The notes under the pieces: model-generated
Told to the model about the DNA's origin: nothing
Databases searched by the model: none
What the model saw: the letters and a program-made list of their open reading frames with translations, nothing else
Program-made: the position numbers and the translations under genes
Source of the DNA: Vairimorpha necatrix
Taxonomy: Eukaryota
Direction: 5' to 3'
NCBI GenBank assembly: GCA_036630325.1
Contig: CP142737.1
Span: forward strand, 434,001-498,000
DNA: 64,000 bases
Shown: in pieces, positions 35,315 through 48,100 of the stretch
Numbering within the stretch: position 1 is the first letter of the stretch
How the letters are laid out: the number at the start of each line of letters is the position of its first letter

Positions 35315-38300
35315 GTGATATAAATATATTAATATTCAAATGCTATATTGAACAACATATATGATTCAAACATAAAAAAATTTCATTTAACATATATATA
35401 TATATCATGAATATCCCCATAAAACTATAGATTTCAATTTTTCGGTGAATTGATGTCGGTGAATTATCCTAGAACCGAAATCTATTTCATTTCTGCATGA
35501 ATACGAACTTCATAGAGGAATTTCTACCCTATATTACAGTATAAAGCGTTATTACTATATAAACAAATCTTTAAAGAAATACCATAAGCCAATGTAAAAT
35601 TTGCGGAATTTATAAAAATAAGCATCCTAATAAACGTATCATTGGTAATATAGTATCATAAAGAAAATTTGAAAAGGGGAGTAACGATATTTTTGGTCCT
35701 TAAAGTCTTGATAATTTTATTACTTCAGAAAGGAAAGAGGTAGTATATATACTTACTATGACAGATAAATATTCCCGATATACAAAACTTAATTTCTTAT
35801 GCACTATAAATTTGGACTCGGTGTATATATGCTTTGAAAATTGGATTACAACTTTTGGAAAACCAACATCTATAATATCAGATAATGGACGCCAGTTTAT
35901 AAGTAAAACAACGAAAGATTATTTAATAAAAGAAAAAATTCTACATATCTTGATACCCCCATACACACCAAGCTCTAATGGTGTATCGGAAACAATAAAT
36001 AATACAATTTCATTCACTCTGAACTTTAACAAATATTTAAATATACGAGAAGTCGTTATAAAGGCAGAAAATCCGATTAATTATAATTATAATAAAACGA
36101 TTAAATCTTCTACATTTTCAATCATTAATGGATTTAACATTTATGACCAATTACAGAGAGATTACAACCATATTAGTATCTTAAAAGAAGAAAAAATCTA
36201 TTTGGTAAAAGTTGGAGACATTTGTAGAGAAAGAATATGTAATGCTAAAAAATTAGGACAAAAATGGAGCAAGAGGAAGAAGGTATTAGGTGTCGGCAAT
36301 AAAGAACTGGATCAAACCGAAATGAAATAGTAGATGGACTCATATTAAGAACATTAAACTCTATGGGGGCAGAATATGGTATTATAACCACATGGAAACG
36401 TTCATTTTCCCCAAAAACAAATTTCTTTAATATTTTTAAAAAAAATTATTGTTGTTTCCCAACAAAAAGGAAAAGGAGGTGCAGACAAAGGACACAAACA
36501 TTAAACAATTTATTGTTAAACAAACAAGGCCCAAGGAGCCTATTATAAGTACCGTACTAGAAGCCTACTTTCAACGAGGGTCCATCCCTCGTAACCACTC
36601 AAGCCCCAAAAGGATCGTAATTTCTTCTTACTTTTAGGAACTGGTAATCCTTGAATGCTTTTCATTTTTTCTCCATCCACACTTATTCCCTCTTTTAACA
36701 CAACATGACCTAGGATTTTTATGTGGGTATTTTGAATTTGCACTTTTCCTTTTTAAGTTTTAGTCATACTGAATTGAGCTTTTCTAGTACCCTCTTCTCA
36801 TCTCTCCTATGATCTTTTCCATTTTACTATAAATTAGTATATCATCTATATATATTGCAACAAATTTGAATAAGAATTCTTTTAAAATGTTATTCATCGC
36901 CCGCTGAAATGCAGCAGGTTCATTAACAAGCCCGAATGACATTTTTGTAAATTCAAATAATCCTTCTCTACAGGCGAAGGCTGTTTTTTTCGATATCACA
37001 CAAGGCCATATCAATTTGATGATATCCCGATTCTGCATCCAATCTTGTGAAGTAAGTAGCTCCCTCTAATGCTATAATAAATTCTTCTACTCGTGGCATT
37101 GGGTATGCATCTTTAATAGTCGCATCATTCAATCTTCTATGGTCCACACATGACCTGTGGTCTCCATTCATTTTTGGAACAATAATTATCGGACTTCTCC
37201 ATGCACTTTCACTAGATATTATGATTTCCATGTTCAATTATTCTTTTACTATTTTAGAGGCTATATCTTCTTTCGCACCACCTAACTTGTATAATTTTCC
37301 AAGTATTGGTTTATCATCTTTGTGATGATCTTGTGGTAACCTATGGCTTTACGCTTTGTCACTAACCCGGATTGGATTTCCATTCTATTATCCCCAGATA
37401 TCAAATTTAATTGTTTTAAACAGTAAATATGTCCTATGATACATGGAATAGTAATATCTCTTGTTATAATAAATTTATTTCAAATATCAACCCACTAACC
37501 AATCTTTATTTTAATTACTTTTTCTGCAATGATCTTTATTTTCGATCCATTTGCTGCCCAAAGCTGTTGTTTAGAACGATTAACAGCGGGTTTGTTTTTC
37601 AAAAGCTCTAGTCTAATTAGATTTATATCAGCTCCTTATCGATGAGCACTTTAAACTTAGCTCGTAAATCGTTTAAGGACGCTTTCTGAAGCGTAGTCCT
37701 ACTAACCTCGAACTTTGGAACAGAGCAATTATAAAAAAATTCCTTTAGATCTACCTTCTTTTTGACTTTTCTTGTCTTCTCTTATATCACTATAAAAACT
37801 ATATAATTTACATCCTGACACTATATGGTCTTTTCCCGCGAATCTAACACCTTATTTAGCCGTTACTCACAGGATCCCCTTAATTTTAAAGTGGTCTTTG
37901 CAACTTTTCGCTTTTGCATTCCTTTAACCTCCCCTGCGAAATTATTGTATAACATCTATCTTCCTCAGCGCTAACATTACTTAGGGCTTTGTATATATAT
38001 ATATATATATTCGTAAAATAATATGTCCTACTGATTATTAAAACTATGTTTGCTATATTGTTTTATAATCCTTTCAACACAAAGGCAATCAATATGCCTT
38101 TTGGAACATTCCCCCTTCGCGCCAATCCCGCCATCTTATCTAAATAGTTGACGAGAGATCCAGCATGATATTGGGAGCCATAAGTTTATCTATGGTCACT
38201 TTCGTCGCCATGTTACCAACAAACCTTTCTTATAAAATTGTCAGTCTTTCAAGTTAAAGGCCAATTGGCTGGGGGATTATCCAATCCCTTGCCTCTTTTT

Positions 38301-38930
38301 TATGCAAACATTTTTAACAGGAGTACAAGTTTACCCTCACGTACTCTCTCAGTCTTCTCACATCTAATAATTCCTCCAAGAATTGCTGTATATCATCTTT
38401 CTCTTCATTTCTGAAAATGATAAAGTTCCTGGCGTTGTCGCCAAATTGTTGGAATGAAAACATGGGCTAATTTATTATAAAATATTTAAAGAACAACATT
38501 CAAATATTTTAGAATGGACGCTGCCGAATTCGTCATGTGTTACACTTCTTACCCTTTTCATTATAAAATTTTCTTGATTATCAAAATCTATTAAAAGTAA
38601 TCCGTATAGTCAACAAAGATAAATGTGTGGATCCAATTATATATTGTAGAAAATAGACATGTTGTAATATGGAAAAAAGTAATCAATAATTCTTTTGATT
38701 AGCAAGGTTGCATAGGGAATTAAAATTAAATAAAACTTAAGATAGAGCATTGAAAATACTTTTTATCAGGTATTGACTGGACATCATAAATTATAAAAAG
38801 CAATTTAATCATCTATACCATATGTATTTGCCATTAAAATGCAGAAAATAACTTATAATAACAAAAACTAATGTGATCGGATAATCCCACGTTTTTGCAA
38901 AACATAAGTTAGCATATTAATCAAAATATA

Positions 38931-40141
38931 GGCGCTACTTCATTTTCTTGCCCCCCCCCCCCAGAAAAAAAATTATTTAGAAGAAATTTTATTTATTCCA
39001 ACCTACGAAGTTTTAAAATTTTTATATAAGCACACCTATGATCATCATTATTAAAATAATTGATATTTTTTTTCCAAGCGAATTCTTTTAGAAATAAATT
39101 TATCCTATGCCTTTTAAGCCCCATTCTCGATCTATATTCATTCTTCAAATGGGACCACAAATTTTCTATATTATTTGTGTGGTCTCCTTCCGCATTTATA
39201 AACCCAAGCGATTGATTTACTTTGTAATGTTCACTCCCAAAATTTCTAGAGGCTGGGGGCATAAAGGGTATCCATCAGAAATTATAATAGAGCCACGTTT
39301 TACTCTGTGTCTAAAAAACTCTTCAATAGTACCAGATTGTCGATTCGGTAGCAATTCAAGAACAAATTCTCTACAGTTACCTTCTACTATGCCGCCTATA
39401 ATCCATTGAATTCCAGACATGGAATCCAAAGTTGAAGGAGGATTGGATACAATTTCCCCGTTGCATATGGCGGTTTAATCAAATTGTTCATAACAGAAGT
39501 TCCTCATATTTGGTAGCTATCATCGCTTTTAGAAGCAATGACTTCCATCACTGTATCCTTGATTTTAATATATGAATATTCACATATTTTGCAAAGATCT
39601 ATTGCTTGGTAAGTAGTATAATTTAATACCCAGCCATAGAATGTTCTAAGAATTTTGTGAAATTGAACGCTTATCCCTTTAAACATCGTACCATTTTTAA
39701 GTGAGCTCTTCGAACTACACTTTTTATTAACACAACGATAAGCTTTACCGTCAATTTAGCCGGAACATCCATTAATGTTCATAAGAACAGTTCGTTCTGA
39801 TGTCGAACAATGTCTGCAAGCAATCGATCTTTTTAGAAGACTATTATCTAAAAAAAAATCAATTACTGCTTCATTGTGCCTAAAGCACGCATCTTCGCAG
39901 ATATTTAGCTCCCGAATAGCTTCCTTTAAATTTCTTATTAAGGATTAAAAAATTAAAATTTTTTAACCCCTTAATGAGGAATCTGAAGGAGGCATTTAAA
40001 AATTCTCAAATCGACAAAAAATACCTTAACTTCATTTTCTTGCCCCCCCTAAAAAAAAATGTTTAGATTTGAAAAATAACACGATTTTGTATTTTTTTAT
40101 GTATGTTTTTTTTAGGGGGGGCAAGAAAATGAAGTAGCGCC
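38931..40141 (-). mobile_element. Merlin/IS1595-like DNA transposon, full length, disrupted transposase
   Basis: 27-bp TIR GGCGCTACTTCATTTTCTTGCCCCCCC; 8-bp TSD AAAATATA; WIIGGI, IISDGYP, HTNNIENLWSHLK motifs in broken frames. Confidence 0.93.
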
Positions 40142-41814
40142 AAAATATATATATATATATAGAGTTCGTATTTTCATTAACAGACCTATGATGAGTAAAT
40201 ACTCAATGAAAGTTCATAGAGCATACAGCACGAAATATAGATCATATATCTGTAATCAAAATATTATACTGAAATTTCAACATGAATCAAAAAAATTTAA
40301 ATCCGCCTACGGCTAAATTCTACGACACCATGCAAATAATATATTACTTCTATCTATTTGTTGCAAACCAATAATTCATACTTAAAGGAAAAAAAATATT
40401 ATGTCAAATTTATTCGGTTTGCTTTTTACAAATAACATTATAATGTCTAAATTTAATTCTTACGTTGTGATTCTATCGATACAAAATTTCTAAATTGGCG
40501 GGAAACGAACTCCTTGCGTTAAAATTTATACACATAAAATTAATGAATTCCCCAGTTAAAATACTTTAATAGAGACGAGTTTGACATATATAATATAATT
40601 TGAAGAGATTTTTTTTATTATAACTTATAATTTGCTTTTTTGATTTTACTCTTTGTAAAATACACACTAAAAAGAAAGATTATTTGCTGGTGTTTCATAT
40701 TGTCATAATCAAGAATATAGGTCCAAATTTTCCTATACTAGATAAATTTCCAAAAGGATTTATTAACTTCCGAATTGGAGAAGTTCATAACATTTCTTAA
40801 AATCTGTAAATAGCAAGATCGGCGAGTAATATAAACATATGAAATAGTAAAAATCATTATAGTATTACATTCTTTATAAAGAAATAGAACTTCTATAAAA
40901 AAATTGATAAAAAAGTCCATAAAGTATCTTTATAAATCTTGTAAAAATAATATATACTCTAATATTTTTGAATAAAAAACCTAACTGTAAATCTCATAAA
41001 GATGCTTAGAGAATTATCCAACAAATGTGGTCGAATATGGAAGTTTGATTATATGAAAAGACAAAAAGATGTGGTTAACATGTATAACATTTAACATGTT
41101 ATAATCTACTTTCACGAAGTTAAAAATATATACGTGACTAAGTATAGAAGATCTTATTTTAATTGATCAGAAATAAAGTCGAGACGAAAATATCTAAATA
41201 TTTTAAAATACCCCGATACCAGGTATTTCTAATTTGACAAGAAGAAAAAAGAAAGGACATTGGAGAAGCTGAAATTTCAATCAGGATAGACTTACCATAG
41301 TTGTGAATGAAGAGTTAAGAAATATTATTCTTTTACTTTAAGAAATGAATATGATCATTTAATAGTTTTAGAGAAGACACAGGATGAAAAAAGGTCAAGT
41401 TACTACTAAAGAACGATAAAAAAAAAACTAAAAATTAATTTTTTTTCGAAGAATACATCCAATATTTTTCGCTACAAAGGCGTTGGTGTATCTCCTTTTG
41501 GAACAAAGATTAGAATTACGATCACAAAAGATGCTAGAGAGGAATACGTGGGCAGACTCTAAGTGCACTGGCTAAGAATATATTTGCTAAAGAAGTGGTA
41601 TGTTTATGAGAATAGTAGTATGTCAAAAGATTTTATAAGCATTTATCATATTAGTATTAAAAATTGAAATTCAAAATTTATAAGCGCTCCTAAATATAAG
41701 TGCTATCAACATCTAACATCTAGGAAAAATGCACAATTATATGAATTATTTAAATCTTTTTCAAAATTAAAAAAAATTTACAAATGTATTAACAATAGAA
41801 GAGCTTTGTATATT

Positions 41815-44601
41815 AGGTTGGTGTCTATATACTATATAAAAAATTAACCCCTTTCGCTTGTATACTCCCTCAACATGGCACTCGGTATGGAACTGAAAAT
41901 GAAAGGATTAATATTCAAAATTGTTAAGACCAAGGCAGACTTGAAATATTGGAGTTACAGTATAACCCCCATTATATTATCCAAGACAAGGAGAAGATTG
42001 AAATCTTCTTATGATTTTTGAGTGGGAGGCCCAAATTCTACTTACACAAATAGAAAAATCTATAAATGTAATATGAAGCAACTAAAAGGGGAATTGAAAA
42101 AAATGACAGAGAAAAATTACACTTTTTAAAGTACTAGAAGCTAGACAAAAGTTGAATGAACCAGTGAGAGAATGACTAGCAAGAGTTATAACTATTGCTT
42201 ATGATTCGGGCATTAGGAAGAAATCGCCAATTAAATAATTTTAAGGACATTTTATTATAGAAGGATTTGTAACATTTAGAGACTACTTTTCCAACCAGTC
42301 TCTATTCGAGGATTACTCTAATAAGATAGAATTATTAAGGAGGAAAGAATACTTAATGAAAAAAGGAAAATTTGGAAATAAAAAATCCATTGGGTTAGCA
42401 TTAAGCAAAAAATAATCAACAAATATGTTTCAGAAGAGAACAAAATATGTACTTAAAAAATTATAATTAACAATCTACAAACACCATTAGGAGAAGTCAA
42501 GACAACGGTAGTATGTATTGCAGGCGATAAAATATATGCAATAGTAGATATTAGAAGTAATTGTAATTTAATTAGTTGGAAGCTGGTAGAAGAAAAGATA
42601 TTTCTTAACAACAAAATAAAAGTGACTACTAAAACTAATATCTTTGGACAAGAAAACACTTTAACAGAGTAAGTAGAAATAACTTCACCTTATATAACAT
42701 CCAAATAACGATCAACTTCAACATTATGACCAATATTCAGTTCATTTTTTTGATTGAACCCCTAACTATTGTAAATGTAAAAAAATTGAGACATGAGATA
42801 GGTGAACTTGAGAAGAAGGGTTGTAAAGTATTTAAAGTAAACCATCAGAAGGTTCTAATAAAATAATAGGCACAATAAATACAAAAGAAGTAACCTGAGT
42901 CAATGTTAAAAAAAAGAAATATACCAAATGGGGCATAAAAGGTAACTGAAAAGCAATAACAAAGCTATTAAATTCAAGTTATATAAAAAGACAACCTAGC
43001 CATGATGCAATCATGCCCCCAGTAAAAACCCCCGATGAAAATATAGAATATCTGTTACAACAGATGGTTAAATAAAATCGTAGAGGACAATTTTTACTCG
43101 ATCTCAAAAATAAATGAAACTATCGATATGACACAGAGCAAAAAGATTTTCACAGTATTAAACCTAACGGATAAATTTTTCCAAATTAAAATTGATTCTA
43201 AGGATAAATTTAAAACATCCCTTTATTTAAGAACAATTTGTATCAAAGTACTAAAATGCCATAAGGTTTAAAGAATTTACCTGCAATTTTTCATAAGATA
43301 ATGGACAACATCTTATGCGATTCATGAAAACTAAATAAAAGGCCTATATAGACGACATAATTGTATATGGCGATCCCGAAAAGAGCTGATCAGAGCTTTT
43401 TAGAAGTTCTACAATAAGTTATAGGAAAAAAATGCATTATAAATGTACAAAAGTAAACTTTTGCCATCTAAGATCAACGAGTCAACTCAAAGACCAAAAA
43501 GAGAACATCAGAGAAAGATTTTAGATTTTAAAGTACCAAAAATAAGAAAAACCTACAAAAAAAACTAGGATTTGCTAATTACTATACAAAATATATCGCA
43601 CGGCTAGCAACAGTTTCGCAACCATTATATGATGCACTTGATAATCTTTAAAACAAAGATTAATTATAATGGAATGAAGAATGTGAGACGCATTTTGCAA
43701 CATAAAACTATAGATAAATTCTGTCATAGCAACAAACGTAACAGACTTTACAAAACTTATTGTTCTTACAATAATTACTGCTATAACGGAATCAAGTGCG
43801 GCTTTTAAGAATTTAAAGTTGGTGAACTTATGACTATTGATTGGGGATCTTAAAAAAACTGCCTGAAGCGAATAAAATACTTATTAACTATGAAGGAATA
43901 TCTAGCAATGGCTTGGGGAATAAAGCACTATAAACTATATCCTTGGACTTGGTTTAAAACTAATAATCAAATACACTGCCCACACAGTTCCTAAACTAAA
44001 CATATATTTTATAATATGAAATTAGAACATAGGGTAAAAACTTTAAAGCTTTGTATGATATTCCAAATATCATAAAAATAATTTATAAATATTTCCCGCC
44101 AAATTCTTCCAGTTTTCCCTCCAACATTTATTTAATAATTTTATCCGGAGAGGGGTACGGAGTAATGGAAAGAAGATCTTATATTAATAATAAAAATATT
44201 TTACATACTTTCCTAAGTGGTGGATACCACACTTTGGTTCCCCGATACACTACAAGAAAGGCACAAAAATCATTGAGGCCGATGTATCAAATAGAACAGA
44301 TGAGCATTCAAACCGAACTAACGATTTGAAGTGCCCAAAAGATGAGCTCATCGATTCTAAAGGTACACAGTATTATTAAGTAAATAACACAAAAACAAAG
44401 AACATATCGCCAGTCGAAGATAGGCCAGCGCTTCCTGAGGATGCATATAAAAAGTTACAAACTATGGTGGAAGAGATACAATGCTTCATGCTATAAAAAG
44501 AAAATATCAATGGCCCAAATAAAACGAATCAATTGTTCAATATCTTAAACGTCGTAAACCTTGTCAATGTAATCAATAAAAGACACAAGGAGAAAAAAAA
44601 T
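41815..44601 (+). mobile_element. Heavily decayed Ty3/Gypsy element related to the 63-bp-LTR element
   Basis: ..CTCAACA-TGGCACTCGGTATGGAA junction near 41870-41892 matches the LTR/PBS at 55468; RT remnants 43.0-43.4 kb; RNase H remnants (EYLAMAWGIKHY); limits approximate. Confidence 0.75.
44054..44231 (+). mobile_element. Solo LTR (type G)
   Basis: TSD CTTTG; 5' hairpin TATGATATT-CCA-AATATCATA (start reads TA, not TG); ends TACCACA; internal GGGGTACG-ATG frame. Confidence 0.8.
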
Positions 44602-45133
44602 GGTACAATACCGTTTGGAACCCGCATTGAAAATTTGAAAGACCCTTTATACAAAAAAAACCAAAATTTTAAAAACAGATGAGTTTTTTATATGGAAAAA
44701 AATTAAAGTTCATTTATAAAATTTGAATAATGCATAAATGACGGTTGCCTTACTTGTTTTGTTTGCTGTATAAATGCGGCTTTTCTCCTTGAGGTAATGC
44801 AATATAATATATCATCATGTTCTATTGTGGTTACTGATCAATGGAGAACATATGTTGCTGTACAGATAAATCGCGCTGATAAGCACAGGACTATGAACCA
44901 CGTCGTCAATTTCGTTTACTTATACGATCCCGAGACACAATACCAAACAATAAAGAATTTGTTTTCGTTTCAAGAGATATATTTAGTAAGAATAAAATTA
45001 ATAGGACAACACTATGAGTACCTTTTATAGTTCCTTTGTCTTATAAAATACCCCAAACCGATGTAATAAAAATCATCTTTTTTGATTCAAAATAAATTTT
45101 AAAGTCTCTTTATATAATTTTTTTTATATTTAC

Positions 45134-48100
45134 TGTCAATTGCTTTATTTGTATTTTCCATCCCCTCTTTTGGAAATGGTTTTAAATAGTTTAAGTAGCC
45201 AATCAAATACGTCCATTTGTCGAAAGATGATTGGCTGGACTTGATGGGCTACGACACCCCCTCACTTAGTTTTTGACGTATCTCTTTTTACGTGACTTTT
45301 GTTAACTCTAAATTCTCCTTTGTTATTCATCGGCTTCACTAGATAAGCATCGTCAGATAAGATTTCTGATATTTTATACCCAACAAACATTTTGAGCTTA
45401 ATTTGTCTTTTCCGGGCAAACTTCTATAGATCATTACTGGTTCCCCGACTTCTAACTTTTCTTTGATGTCTCTTTTACCCTTAATTATGTCTTTTTTGTA
45501 TTTAATAAAATTTTTATTTCTTTTCTCTAGCAAGTGTTGTTTAGAATATCTTTTAAGAATTGTTCCAAGTTTCTTTTCTTTTTGTTTCTATCTGATGTCC
45601 ATATTTCATTATATACGGTGAAGTTCCTATAGCTCGATTAAACGAAAGATTTACAGCTAATGTTGCTTTTTTTAAGAATGGGCTCCAGTCACGTTCTCCA
45701 AATAATGACATTCTTCTTAATGTGTTTCTAAGAGTTTGATTTACTCTTTCGACTGCTCCAGTTGTCTGATGGTGTTAGGGAGAACCAAATTTCCATTTTA
45801 TATTATATTTTTGTTGTAGTGATAGTACTTCTTGATTACTAAATTCTAGTCCATTATCTGTCAAAATTCTCTCTGGTATTCCGTGCTTTTTTATTATTAA
45901 CTCTTCTACAGCACAATAAATTTCTTTTGAGCTTTTATTAGACAGTATTTTAGTCTCTATCCATTTCGTGTAGTGGTCAATTGCTACAAATACATATTTT
46001 GATCCAGTACTTTCATACATTTTCCCAAGTAAATCAATTTCCCAGAGTTCATTGGGTCTTTCCGATATGATTACTTTATTTTTAGTTTTAATTCTTGGTC
46101 CCCTCGACATAAGGCATATTGTACATTGGGCGCAAAATATTTCAATCTCTTTATGCATATTTTTCCATGCGTAATTTTGCAAAATCATAAATTTCATAGT
46201 ATTCGCGGAGCCATGGCCAGAGATCTTATGATATTCTGTCAAAATCTGTTTCTTATCTTCTACACTAAGTATTTGTGTATTTATGTGGTTTACTTGTTCT
46301 TGTTGAAAAAATCTGCTGAATCCATCCGCTATATTATGATCTCCTTTTACATGTTCTATTTTAAAGTCATAATCGGAAAGTTTTAATGACCATCTTAAGA
46401 GTCGGCTTGATAGGTCTTTTGTTTGCATTAGATAGACGAGTGCTTTATGGTCTGTTCTAAGGGTAAACTTTTTCCCTAATAGATAATGTCTAAAGTGACC
46501 TATTCCTTTTATTAGTCCAAGTAATTCTTTATCTGTTACTGAGTAGTTTTTCTGACATTTGTCTAGTCTTTTACTATAAGCCGCAATCATTTTTTCTTCA
46601 CCTTGTCCGTTATCCTGTAATAGAACGGCTCCTATTCCCGAATCTGATGCATCCGTCATGAGTATAAATTCCTTTTGAAAATCGGGCTGAGTCCTGATAG
46701 TACTTTTCCCCATTTCCAATTTTGTATTGTTAAAAGCTTCTATTTGCTCACTGTTCAGATATATCTTTTTATTTGAGCTTTGTTTTTCTCCCTTCAGTAC
46801 ATCATATAGTGGTCCAGTGAGGGTTGCTATATTTTTTATAAAGTATCTGCAATAATTTATAGTCCCCAGAAAGCCTCTAAGCTCTTTTATAGTGGTAGGT
46901 ATTGGGTAGGACTTTATTTGACTAATTCGTTCTGGGGCAACTTTTATGTATCCACTTCCTATGATATTTCCGAGTATTTTAATTTCATTTTTATAAAATT
47001 TACATTTTTTTAGGTTTAATGATAATCCGGCTGCTCTAATTTTACCCAATGCTATTTGTAAATGTTTATCATGCTCGTCTTTTGTTTTAGAATAAATAAT
47101 TATGTCATCTAGGTATGGTATGATAAATTTTCTATTTTCGCATCTGAAAATATTGTCCATAGCACGTTGAAATGTAGCCGGAGCATTGCACAGCCCAAAC
47201 GGCATCCTATTGTACTCATATAAACGACCTTTAAATGAGAAAGCTGTTTTCTCTTTGTCTTTTTCCTCCATGGGGAGCTGTTGAAATCCACTTGTGGCGT
47301 CTAGGATTGAAAAGAATGAAGCTTTGGAACAAGTATCTAAAATTTCGTCGATTCTGGGTGACATATAGGAATCTTTTATTGTAATAGAGTTCAAACCTCT
47401 ATAGTCTATACACATTCTCCAGGTTTTATCTGGTTTTGGAACCATGACTATCCTACTGCACCAAGGGCTTTTACTATCTCTAATTATGCCCAGCTCTAGT
47501 AATTTTTGGATTTCCTTTTCAATTATTTCCTCCTGCATAATTGGTATTCTACCATTTCTTTGACAGATTATTTTACCGCTATTAACTTGTATATTATGTT
47601 TCCCCGCTGTACATAAATTAAATTCTCCTATTTCGGTCTTGAATAAATCTTTATATTGTTCCTCGATTTTTGTTTTATTTAGTTCGTTGCAGTATCTAAC
47701 TTTTTTGTGGTTATCTGGTGATATTTCTGTAAATATCTCAGTGACTAAGCTTAAATTTCTTTTAATTACTTCAGATCCTAGAATTATGTATCTTGTATCT
47801 TGCATTATTAGTGGTGAGAATGTTATAGTTTTGTTTTTTATTTTTATCGTAACGTTCTTTAACTGTCCGATAATTTTTAGTGTATTATTACCTGCTCCTT
47901 TAACAATTCCTGAATATGTATTAATATGTTTATGCAGATCAATTGGTATATCTGATTGTCCGATGAGTGACACATCTGCTCCAGTATCCAATAAAACACT
48001 TTTCTTGTTATCAAAGATATAACCTTCTACGAAAAAGGGATTATCGCTATTTATAACTCTACATAAGGAATAAAAAATATCGTCGTTTATTTCGTTATCA

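Larger units (their letters stand above)
32007..35476 (-). mobile_element. Mutator-like (MULE) DNA transposon with FLYWCH domain
   Basis: About 200-bp TIRs (right one split by a solo LTR); 9-bp TSD GAAATTTAT/GAAATCTAT. Confidence 0.9.
28854..36601 (+). mobile_element. Decayed Ty3/Gypsy element B (~222-227-bp LTRs, no tRNA PBS), nested
   Basis: LTRs 28854-29075 and 36375-36601; TSD TGCCC/AGCCC splits the host pol (LRSFWG | QYNYCLKFIK); PPT GGGGGCAGAA; RT/RH fragments 30.6-32.0 kb; integrase 35758-36330. Confidence 0.88.
27424..38544 (-). mobile_element. Old Ty3/Gypsy element (~99-bp LTRs) hosting nested insertions
   Basis: LTRs 27424-27522 and 38447-38544 with about a dozen differences; TSD CTTAT/CTTCT; PBS TGGCGACAACGCC; RT (YIDD) at 36.6-37.3 kb; RNase H and integrase at 27.6-28.8 kb. 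Confidence 0.88.
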
